Positions 16,520 to 24,266 of a stretch of DNA of 32,000 bases are shown in pieces; the first letter of the stretch is position 1, and each line of letters starts with the position of its first letter. A program made the translations under genes and the position numbers. Below the pieces are notes generated by a model. The model searched no databases, was not told where the DNA came from, and was given only the letters and a program-made list of their open reading frames with translations. This DNA comes from Psychrobacter cryohalolentis K5 (GTDB taxonomy: Bacteria > Pseudomonadota > Gammaproteobacteria > Pseudomonadales > Moraxellaceae): positions 1,590,001 through 1,622,000 of the forward strand of contig NC_007969.1 of assembly GCF_000013905.1 (NCBI RefSeq), given 5' to 3'.

Positions 16520-16879
16520 TCAAATAACTTTCTTGCTTTTCTTTAGGCTCTTTTTTAACCAATGGTCAAATATGAACGGACCAAAGGGTAAGAACGAGCC
16601 AAGCACGCCGGCAGGGATCGCCCATATAGGCATTTTTATCTTGACGGCTGTGCCCATGAGTACAACAATATAGGCGATGAATAAGCCGCCGTGAGCCATA
16701 CCGATATACTTTACCCCTTCTGGAATGTCCATCATGTACTTTAGTGGCATAGCGATGCAGAGCAACAGTAAAAACGAGGTTCCTTCTAAATAACCTATCG
16801 TCGTAAGCGTTTTTAATGCTGTATTTTGTTCTGTTGTAAGATTAGAGGCGGTTTCAAACATTGGCTGAGCCTGTGGCAC
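16520..16879 (-). CDS. Small integral membrane protein, DUF3817-like
   Basis: 119 aa with 3-4 TM helices. The pattern L..IGYLEG.SFLLLL.IAMPLKY......G....G.AHGGLFI.Y matches DUF3817 as I remember it. GTG start with AAGGAAA upstream. Confidence 0.6.
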   Translation of the reverse strand: MPQAQPMFETASNLTTEQNTALKTLTTIGYLEGTSFLLLLCIAMPLKYMMDIPEGVKYIGMAHGGLFIAYIVVLMGTAVKIKMPIWAIPAGVLGSFLPFGPFIFDHWLKKSLKKSKKVI

Positions 16880-17036
16880 TGTATTTTCCTTTTGTCATCG
16901 ACATATAAGGCATGGTCGTTTAACGAGGTAAGCAATAATAGCAGCCGTAGGTTGCTATTATTATCTTTAGTAAAAAAACCAATAGAACGGTCAATATATG
17001 TGCAAATAAAACAGATTAAGTTAAAAAGCTTGCTAG

Positions 17037-17999
17037 CTAAGCATCAAGGGCAGGGGGCTTACTTTCAAATTCCGCAAGCATCTTAGTAATGAGCTGATCT
17101 TTTTGCTGCCAAACTTGCTCGACCCAATCAAACATTTCTGCTTTTATCGCCTCATCAGTCTCATAGCCGCCATTTTGAACACTGGCAAATAAGTCATCAG
17201 GCATCTTAATATGTCTGACATCGACGCCCAAACGCTTGATATTGCCTTTCCATAAGTCGCCATATGTCGGCACACCATCAGGATAGACGATGGTCATATC
17301 TAAAATACCATCGATGTCTTCGCCAAGCGCACTAATCGCTAGCGACAAACCGCCCGCTCTTGGTTTAAGCAAATGTGTATAGGGCGACTGCTGCTTATCC
17401 CGTTTTACGGTGGTAAAACGTGTGCCTTCTAGATAATTTAACAGTGTAAAAGGCTTGTCTTTCAGCAATGCACAAGCGCGTTTTGCTTCTTCGATATCTT
17501 TGCCTTTTAAGGCAGGATTTTTCGCAATCGCCTCTTTAGAATGTCGACGCATCATTGGAAAATCGAGAAAATAGAAAGCTTGACCAATAACTGGAATATA
17601 TATCAGCTCAAACTTAGTAAAAAATCGCGTCAATGGTAAACGCTTTTCACTAATATATTGCACGATACTGGTATCAACCCATGATTGGTGATTGCTTACC
17701 AGTAAATACTTGCCCTTGGTATGGATATCGTCAGGTAGGCTGATACGCCAGTCTTTATTCGGCAGAATGTTATCGATCATCGCGTTATTGCTGTTAATCC
17801 AATAATTGGTCACATCAATGACCGCTTTATCAGCAATCGCTGCACCAGTAACAGCTTTGGCTGCACCCATAATCCATACAGGGGGACCTGCCAACATACT
17901 ATTAAAAGTAATAACGCCTGTTGCTGTGGTCAGCGAAGCGATTTTGCCAAGTTTAGGATTGCGTTCATGTAGTTTTTGAACGAATGATTTGAATCGCAT
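17037..17999 (-). CDS. Acyltransferase (PlsC/LPLAT superfamily, YihG-like)
   Basis: 320 aa. Carries the HX4D catalytic motif (NHQSWVDT), an N-terminal hydrophobic segment and an EGTR block (LEGTRFT). Confidence 0.8.
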   Translation of the reverse strand: MRFKSFVQKLHERNPKLGKIASLTTATGVITFNSMLAGPPVWIMGAAKAVTGAAIADKAVIDVTNYWINSNNAMIDNILPNKDWRISLPDDIHTKGKYLLVSNHQSWVDTSIVQYISEKRLPLTRFFTKFELIYIPVIGQAFYFLDFPMMRRHSKEAIAKNPALKGKDIEEAKRACALLKDKPFTLLNYLEGTRFTTVKRDKQQSPYTHLLKPRAGGLSLAISALGEDIDGILDMTIVYPDGVPTYGDLWKGNIKRLGVDVRHIKMPDDLFASVQNGGYETDEAIKAEMFDWVEQVWQQKDQLITKMLAEFESKPPALDA

Positions 18000-18255
18000 G
18001 TTAAATCCTCTTAACCTTACATATTATAAGTGGTTAGTAACGTAGTGGCATAATACTAGCAGAAATCGATAGGCGTGTTTACGTAATTGGTTTGGCGTTA
18101 CATTTCACCGTTAGTCGTGGATATACCTAGTAGCTAATAGACATCAATCGTATTTGATTTATTTTTATATCAAACTAGGTTTATAATGTACCGTTAATAT
18201 TTAGAGGGTTTACAGTCGATGATCGACACGAACACTCTTGAGCTCACGACAAGCC

Positions 18256-18297
18256 AAAAACAATAAAAAATCCAGTGCTAAATAATTAACACTGGAT
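18256..18297 (-). terminator. Rho-independent terminator after the acidic repeat protein gene
   Basis: Stem ATCCAGTG (18270-18277) pairs with CACTGGAT (18290-18297) across a 12-nt loop. On the minus strand TTTTTTATTGTTTTT follows. Confidence 0.65.
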
Positions 18298-18341
18298 CAA
18301 TAAGACCAATCAATCAAAGTACCAATTACTCAAAGTACCAA

Positions 18342-19004
18342 TTAGCCTTGTAGCTGGTCAATCATACCTTGGTATTTGTCTTTTTTCTCAGCAATCTTAC
18401 TACGCTCTTCTTCTGCATTGTCTACCGATTCTTCAGAGTCTGCCACTTTCTTATCAAAAGCTTCTAACTCGGCAGTTTTGGCATCCAAAAGTCTGTTAAG
18501 CATAATAGCAACCGCTTTTTCAGAAACGTCAAGCGTCATATTAGAAGCTTCAGACGTAAAATCCTCTTTAAGCTTAGCAGCCCATTGATAGATATTAGCT
18601 ATCGTCGCACTATGCTTGTCCTCATGCTTGTCTTCATTTTCAGAATCAGACTTATCCTCTTCGTCAGATTTCGCTTCTTTTTTGTCAGAAATAAAGTCAT
18701 CTTTGAGCTTAGAAGCCCATTGATAGATGTTCGCTATCGTCGTACTGTGCTTATCTTCTTTGGCAGAATTGTCATCTTGATCGTCTTTATTGGACTCATC
18801 ATCCTTGCCAGACTTAGTTTCTTCATCAACCTCATAGTCTTTGTCAGCATTGTAATCTTCAAAATCACCGTCTTCATAAACGACAGTATCACCTTTTACT
18901 ACTTCTACGCCTGTTACCGCATCATTTGAAGGCGTTGTCGCTGCGCTCTCAAGAGACTCTAAGGCATTTTTAATGTTATCGTTATTAGTAGACTTGTCAG
19001 ACAT
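18342..19004 (-). CDS. Highly acidic hypothetical protein with two internal repeats and a coiled-coil-like C-terminus
   Basis: 220 aa and rich in D/E/K. EDKHSTTIANIYQWASKLKDDF (18693-18758) and EDKHSATIANIYQWAAKLKEDF (18558-18623) repeat with a 45-aa period. The gene has its own terminator. I recognise no family. Confidence 0.7.
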   Translation of the reverse strand: MSDKSTNNDNIKNALESLESAATTPSNDAVTGVEVVKGDTVVYEDGDFEDYNADKDYEVDEETKSGKDDESNKDDQDDNSAKEDKHSTTIANIYQWASKLKDDFISDKKEAKSDEEDKSDSENEDKHEDKHSATIANIYQWAAKLKEDFTSEASNMTLDVSEKAVAIMLNRLLDAKTAELEAFDKKVADSEESVDNAEEERSKIAEKKDKYQGMIDQLQG

Positions 19005-19130
19005 GATTTATGATCCTTTTAATGGCATTAAGTGAAATATATTTACCGCCAATATTATGCCAGTACAATTTTTTATTCAGTATCTTAATGTAAATTACAT
19101 GTTTCAATTTGCTAAAAAGACGGCTACGCC

Positions 19131-19538
19131 TTAAACAACTTCCATTTCTAATAGTGTTGTAGATGACGCTTCTAACTGATCATATTTTATCACCACATTA
19201 TTACCTTCAAGACTGGTATCAAGCTCAACATGGTAAGTAGCAAGCGTGACACTTGTATCATCCAAGCATTGACCGGTGGCAAGGTTAAATCTCTGTTTAT
19301 AAATAGGTGAGGCCACATACAGTACCGCTTCATCAGTGCCAGCATCGTTGGTCACGGTAGTGCCTCCAATTAACCCTCTAGATAATACATTGGCCTGACT
19401 AAACGGGTCATAGTTATCAAGCGCGAACAGCTTAGCGTCCTTAGTGCGAAAGATAGCCACTTGTTTACCCTCTATCAGTGCGCAAACACCAGTCTCAGGG
19501 AGTATGTCTTCTAATCTGCAAACGGTATACTGGTTCAT
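19131..19538 (-). CDS. nirD: Nitrite reductase [NAD(P)H] small subunit
   Basis: EDILPETGVCALIEGKQVAIFR...DPFSQANVLSRGLIG...VASPIYKQRFNLATGQC is colinear with E. coli NirD. It lies directly downstream of nirB. About 25 aa longer than E. coli NirD. Confidence 0.85.
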   Translation of the reverse strand: MNQYTVCRLEDILPETGVCALIEGKQVAIFRTKDAKLFALDNYDPFSQANVLSRGLIGGTTVTNDAGTDEAVLYVASPIYKQRFNLATGQCLDDTSVTLATYHVELDTSLEGNNVVIKYDQLEASSTTLLEMEVV

Positions 19539-19583
19539 TGGGTGATCCTTATTCGTATATGATCGGAAAGTGTTAGACGTTGA

Positions 19584-22211
19584 TTAAGCCAGCTCAGTCA
19601 CTAAGATTTTAGCTTTTTCACTATCGGTCGCAGGGCGGATCTGCTCGCGCTCGGTGACAAAAACCACATTGTCATCCCCTTGCTCACTATTGACGAAGTG
19701 ACGGAAACGTTTGAGCTTTTCGCTATCGGTTATAGTTGCTTTCCACTCACACACATAGTTGTCGATCAGCAGTTGCATCTGCGCCTCTAGCTCATCAGCG
19801 ATGCCTAAACTGTCTTCAATAATGACCGCTTGTAGATATTCCAATCCGCCATCTAAGCTCTCACGCCATTTTGAGGTACGCTGGAGTTTATCTGCTGTTT
19901 TGATATAAAACATGATAATACGGTCGATGTATTTGATGACCGTGTCGCTATCAAGGTCGGTGGCAAACAACTCACCATGACGCGGGGTCATACCACCATT
20001 ACCACAGACAAATAAATTCCAACCATTCTCAGTGGCGATAATGCCAAAGTCCTTGCTTTGTGCCTCTGCACACTCGCGTGTACATCCGGACACGCCCATC
20101 TTTATCTTATGCGGTGAACGTACTCCTTTATAACGATCCTCTAAGGTGAGTGCCAAGCCGACACTGTCATCGACACCGTAGCGACACCAGTTGTTACCCA
20201 CGCACGATTTAACAGTACGCAACGACTTACCATAAGCGTGACCAGTCTCAAAGCCAGCTTGCACCAATTGTGTCCAGATATCAGGCAATTGGTCTAAACG
20301 TGCCCCAAATAGATCCACGCGTTGCCCACCTGTGATTTTGGTATACAAATTAAACTCTTTGGCGACTTGTCCGAGGATGATCAGCTTATCGGCGGTGATT
20401 TCACCACCCGGCACACGAGGTACGACAGAATAGGTGCCGTCTTTTTGGATGTTGCCCAGATAATAGTCATTGCTATCTTGCAACGGTGTCAGTTCAGGCT
20501 TGAGCACATAATCATTCCAGCATGAGGCCAAGATGGAGGCGACCGTAGGTTTGCAAATCTCACAGCCATGACCGTTACCATGCTCATCCAACAGAGCATC
20601 AAAGGTTCTAATACCATGGACACGAATCAAGCTATAGAGCTCTTGACGGGTATAGGCAAAGTGCTCACATAAGTCGTTATTGACCTCAAACCCAAGGGTC
20701 GTTAACTGGTAGCTTAAAGTGTCTTTCACCATAGGCGCACAGCCACCACATCCTGTACCTGCACTAGTACAAGACTTCACTTCGGCAATGGAGTACGCAC
20801 CGTTTTCAACCGCCGCGCAAATAGCCCCTTTGGTGACGTTGTAGCATGAGCAAATCGTTGCACTATCTGGTAAATTTTCTATACCCATTTTCGGTTTTTC
20901 AACGTTGGGTAGTATGAGGCTTTCAGGGTGGGCAGGTAGGTCGATGTCGTTGAGATATAGCTGTAATAGATTATTATAGTCTTCGGTATCACCGACCAAC
21001 ACCGCGCCAAGCAAGCGTTTGTTATCAGGCGTTGTGACCAATTTCTTATAAATGCCCTCAGCAGGGTTCTGGTACAAATAGCTCAAGCTGTCCGCGCTGT
21101 TGCCATGGGCGTCGCCAATACTACCAACATCGACGCCCATCAGTTTGAGCTTGGTGCTCATATCAGCGCCCGTAAAGGTTTGCGACTGATCTCCTGTGAT
21201 TTGTGCCGCGCAAATACTCGCCATGCTGTAGCCTGGTGCTACTAAGCCAAATATCTTGTTATCCCACACCGCGCATTCGCCAATAGCGTAGACATGCGCA
21301 GCATTGGTGCGGCATTGTTCGTCAATTAAAATACCACCTCGTGCACCTATCTCAATACCGCACTCAGGATTGTTTTTGATAATGCCATCTTGCGGACGAA
21401 TACCTGCACTAAAGACGATCATATCGGTGTCAAGCGAGGTATCATCGGTGAATTGCATGGTCAGCTGGCACGGATTCTCATTAAAGGTGCTCAGGTTTTT
21501 ATGTATGGCGTCGCTATTATCAATAATGGCTTGGGTATTCTTACCAGTTAATACTTTGACGCCAAGCGCCTCAATTTTTCGTTTTAAAATATCGCCGCCA
21601 GCCGCATCAAGCTGTACGCCCATCAATTGCGGAGCAAACTCTACCACATAAGTCTCTAGTCCTAAGGTGACCAGTGCTTTTGCTGCTTCAAGCCCGAGTA
21701 GTCCTCCGCCCACAACTACGCCTCTTTTTACTTTTGGTTGCTCAGCGATGGCAAGAATGTCATCCAAATCAGCAATGGTGCGATATACATGACAGTGTGC
21801 ATGCTCACGCCCTGGAATCGGCGGTACAAATGGATAGGAGCCTGTCGCCAGCACCAGCTCACCATATTCAATCCGCTCGCCAGCTTCAGTGATGATGTAT
21901 TGATTGGTGGTGTCAATATCTACAATACGCTGGTTCAGATGCAATTGAATCTGGGCAGATGCATAGGCGCTTAAATCAACCAAGTTGAGCTTACTAACAT
22001 CTTTATGTTCAAAGTAGCTCGATAAATATACCCGATCGTAAGCGGGACGGTCTTCTTCAGCAAACACATGAATCTCAAACTGCTCATGTAACCCTTTTTC
22101 TATGGCTCGCTCAACGAAATGGTGCCCGACCATACCGTTACCAATCACCACCAACTTAGCTTTACCTGCCTTACTCACTATAGTGCTACTCATGTAATTA
22201 TCCTTAGTCAT
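19584..22211 (-). CDS. nirB: Nitrite reductase [NAD(P)H] large subunit (siroheme/[4Fe-4S]/FAD)
   Basis: FAD and NAD Rossmann motifs (VVIGNGMVGHH, VVVGGGLLGLEAA, YAIGECA). A BFD-like 2Fe-2S region (CSCYNVTKG...GTGCGGC). Siroheme/Fe-S cysteines (CVGNNWCRYG, SGCTRECAEA). The likely true start is the internal ATG at 22193, which has AAGGA 7 nt upstream. The first ATG at 22211 has no SD. Confidence 0.92.
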   Translation of the reverse strand: MTKDNYMSSTIVSKAGKAKLVVIGNGMVGHHFVERAIEKGLHEQFEIHVFAEEDRPAYDRVYLSSYFEHKDVSKLNLVDLSAYASAQIQLHLNQRIVDIDTTNQYIITEAGERIEYGELVLATGSYPFVPPIPGREHAHCHVYRTIADLDDILAIAEQPKVKRGVVVGGGLLGLEAAKALVTLGLETYVVEFAPQLMGVQLDAAGGDILKRKIEALGVKVLTGKNTQAIIDNSDAIHKNLSTFNENPCQLTMQFTDDTSLDTDMIVFSAGIRPQDGIIKNNPECGIEIGARGGILIDEQCRTNAAHVYAIGECAVWDNKIFGLVAPGYSMASICAAQITGDQSQTFTGADMSTKLKLMGVDVGSIGDAHGNSADSLSYLYQNPAEGIYKKLVTTPDNKRLLGAVLVGDTEDYNNLLQLYLNDIDLPAHPESLILPNVEKPKMGIENLPDSATICSCYNVTKGAICAAVENGAYSIAEVKSCTSAGTGCGGCAPMVKDTLSYQLTTLGFEVNNDLCEHFAYTRQELYSLIRVHGIRTFDALLDEHGNGHGCEICKPTVASILASCWNDYVLKPELTPLQDSNDYYLGNIQKDGTYSVVPRVPGGEITADKLIILGQVAKEFNLYTKITGGQRVDLFGARLDQLPDIWTQLVQAGFETGHAYGKSLRTVKSCVGNNWCRYGVDDSVGLALTLEDRYKGVRSPHKIKMGVSGCTRECAEAQSKDFGIIATENGWNLFVCGNGGMTPRHGELFATDLDSDTVIKYIDRIIMFYIKTADKLQRTSKWRESLDGGLEYLQAVIIEDSLGIADELEAQMQLLIDNYVCEWKATITDSEKLKRFRHFVNSEQGDDNVVFVTEREQIRPATDSEKAKILVTELA

Positions 22212-22360
22212 GGGTTTGTCTAAATAGTGCTTACAGTAATTACATCTTCAATAACTGTGCCAAGCACCGTTATATAGCGCCATATCTTTAAGCGAGAGTC
22301 TCATCACTACAGACGAAAAACCTGACGATGACAGTGTATTTCCTAGGCAGCGTGGTATGT

Positions 22361-22423
22361 GTGAGGATATAAATAGCAATGATAAATAAAAAAGTCTTTT
22401 CTCATTAAAAGTGAGGATATAAA
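22361..22423. repeat. Two exact copies of GTGAGGATATAAA, 50 bp apart, in the nirB/nas control region
   Basis: Copies at 22361-22373 and 22411-22423. Function unknown. Confidence 0.5.
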
Positions 22424-22429
22424 AAATGG

Positions 22430-22460
22430 ATGCACCAAAATAGATAAAACCATGCACCAA
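22430..22460 (+). promoter_or_regulatory. Two direct ATGCACCAA repeats (NtrC-type TGCACCA half-sites), 22 bp apart: candidate upstream activator sequence
   Basis: Copies at 22430-22438 and 22452-22460, about 185-210 bp upstream of the sigma-54 promoter. Only half-sites match the remembered TGCACC-N5-GGTGCA dyad, so this is weak. Confidence 0.3.
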
Positions 22461-22639
22461 TTTGATTGTATTTATGGCAGTCAGGGTTTTTCATTCATCT
22501 CGATAAAATTAGCGTTTCTATATGGCTATTAAATTATGAATGACCTTGTAATAGTTGCTTGGAAGTCAGCTATAGCAAAGCATGAACGCTTTTATCAAAG
22601 CCGAGGTTTTATCTGTATAACGAAGCTGATAGCGGCAGC

Positions 22640-22655
22640 TGGCACAGCCATTGCA
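22640..22655 (+). promoter_or_regulatory. Sigma-54 (RpoN) -24/-12 promoter for the nas operon
   Basis: TGGCAC-AGCCA-TTGCA matches TGGCAC-N5-TTGCW exactly, with correct GG/GC spacing. It lies about 97 nt upstream of the transporter ATG at 22753 (AAGGAA SD). Confidence 0.6.
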
Positions 22656-22752
22656 TCCCCTTAAATGCTCTAACTGGTCAGTTCGTTCAACATAACGTGT
22701 TCTTACGGCTTTCCATGTTAGCCCTGAATTTTACTATTTAAGGAAACCGCTT

Positions 22753-24264
22753 ATGTCGTCATCGCCATCACCGAGCCCTGCTGCACCAAATAAAAACAAG
22801 CTCAATATTCTCTCTTTTACTGGTAAAAACCAGATACTCCATCTTGGATGGATGGCTTTTTTTCTGACCTTTTTTGTATGGTTTAACCACGCACCATTCT
22901 TATCTGCCATCGGTGAGACTTTGAGTTTGACCAAGGACCAAGTCAAAACCTTATTGATACTAAACGTCGCTTTGACTATTCCAGCTCGAGTCATTATTGG
23001 CATGTTGACCGATCGTTTTGGTCCGCGCCTCGTCTATACCGCCATTTTGGCTATTGGAGCGATTCCCTGTTTTACCTTTGCCTTTGCGCAAGATTACAAC
23101 ACGCTGGCATTGTCCCGTTTTTTCTTGGGCTTTGTGGGTGCAGGGTTTGTGGTGGGTATTCGTCTCATGAGTGATTGGTTCCCTGCAAGTGAGCTGGGTA
23201 CTGCTGAAGGTATTTATGGCGGTTGGGGAAATTTTGGTTCTGCTGCTGCTGCGCTGCTGTTACCGACAGTGGCTATTATCGCCGCGGCTATAGTTGGTGG
23301 CAATGAGGGCTGGCGTTATGCAACAGCCACCTCAGGGGTGGTGATGATGCTCTATAGTGTGATTTTTTATAAGATGGTGCGTGATACGCCTAAGGGTGCG
23401 ACATATTTTAAACCCAAAAAGTCTGGTGCCATGATGGTGACTTCAGCAGGTGACTTTTGGCTGATGATGGCGTTTAAACTGCCAATGTATTTGGCGTTAG
23501 CGCTTTTGGGATGGAAGCTATCACCCGCTGGCGTCAGCTTACTCAGTCAGGCAAGTGTCAATATCGTCTACATCGGATTGGTTATTTTATATATTTATGA
23601 GTTTGTGAGTAGTTATCGCTTTAATAAAGAGGTATTTACGACTCCTGTGCCAAAAGCGCATCAATATGATTTTAAGCAAGTCGGTATCTTAAATATTTTA
23701 TACTTTGCGACCTTTGGCTCAGAGCTTGCCGTAGTGTCTATGTTGCCGCTTTTCTATCAAGAGACATTTAATCTATCAATTGTGATGGCAGGGGTTTTGG
23801 CATCTAGCTATGCGTTTATGAACTTGATGTCGCGACCGGGCGGCGGCTGGCTCAGCGATAAGTTTGGTCGCAAAATAACGCTGCTGATTTTGACCGCAGG
23901 TTTGGCTGTTGGTTATCTATTAATGGGCATCGTGGATTCAACATGGCCAATTGCCTTGGCATTATTCATCACGATGTTTTGCTCTTTCTTTGTACAAGCG
24001 GGTGAAGGTGCTGTGTTTGCGGTTATTCCACTGATCAAGCGTAGCATGACCGGACAATTTGCTGGCATGACCGGCGCTTATGGAAATGTTGGCTCGGTTG
24101 TTTATTTAACTGTATTGAGTCTGGTCTCTTATCAAGTATTCTTCATGGTAATCGCCGCGACTGCTGTCGTTGGCTTCTTTGCACTGTTCTTTTTAAAAGA
24201 ACCTGAAGGCGTTATCATCGAAGAGATGCCTGATGGCAGCTTTGCCCAAATTAAAGTGAGCTAA
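22753..24264 (+). CDS. Nitrate/nitrite transporter (MFS, NNP/NarK family)
   Basis: 503 aa with about 12 TM helices. Both NNP signature glycine motifs are present (YGGWGNFGSAAA and TGAYGNVGSVVY). First gene of the nas operon. Confidence 0.9.
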   Translation: MSSSPSPSPAAPNKNKLNILSFTGKNQILHLGWMAFFLTFFVWFNHAPFLSAIGETLSLTKDQVKTLLILNVALTIPARVIIGMLTDRFGPRLVYTAILAIGAIPCFTFAFAQDYNTLALSRFFLGFVGAGFVVGIRLMSDWFPASELGTAEGIYGGWGNFGSAAAALLLPTVAIIAAAIVGGNEGWRYATATSGVVMMLYSVIFYKMVRDTPKGATYFKPKKSGAMMVTSAGDFWLMMAFKLPMYLALALLGWKLSPAGVSLLSQASVNIVYIGLVILYIYEFVSSYRFNKEVFTTPVPKAHQYDFKQVGILNILYFATFGSELAVVSMLPLFYQETFNLSIVMAGVLASSYAFMNLMSRPGGGWLSDKFGRKITLLILTAGLAVGYLLMGIVDSTWPIALALFITMFCSFFVQAGEGAVFAVIPLIKRSMTGQFAGMTGAYGNVGSVVYLTVLSLVSYQVFFMVIAATAVVGFFALFFLKEPEGVIIEEMPDGSFAQIKVS

Positions 24265-24266
24265 GC

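Noticed and set aside
16934-16962. Hairpin AATAATAGCAGCC-gta-GGTTGCTATTATT between the acyltransferase and the DUF3817-like gene
   Set aside because: On the transcribed minus strand it contains a C-A mismatch, a 3-nt loop and no U-tract. It is not convincing as a terminator.
18314-18344. Tandem 15-nt duplication TCAAAGTACCAATTA (16-nt period) including the stop codon of the acidic protein gene
   Set aside because: It is real in the sequence but lies in the 3-prime UTR and stop codon, with no evident consequence. It is probably a slippage scar.
19094-19131. Possible weak terminator after nirD (AAGGCG-uagc-CGUCUU plus UUUA) and the nearby ATGTAA-A-TTACAT palindrome (19089-19101)
   Set aside because: The 6-bp stem includes a G-U pair and overlaps the stop codon, and the U-tract is short. 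The palindrome matches no binding site I know. Both are too weak to call.
22247-22262. Second sigma-54-like element facing nirB (TGGCAC-AGTTA-TTGAA on the minus strand)
   Set aside because: The -24 half and the spacing are perfect, but the near-invariant -12 GC is GA. I kept it as a note within the control-region finding and do not list it as a feature.
22248-22460. 70-aa minus-strand ORF in the nirB/nas intergenic region
   Set aside because: No SD and an odd hydrophobic, low-complexity composition. It is built from the AT-rich regulatory DNA containing the 13-bp and 9-bp repeats, so a control region is the more parsimonious reading.
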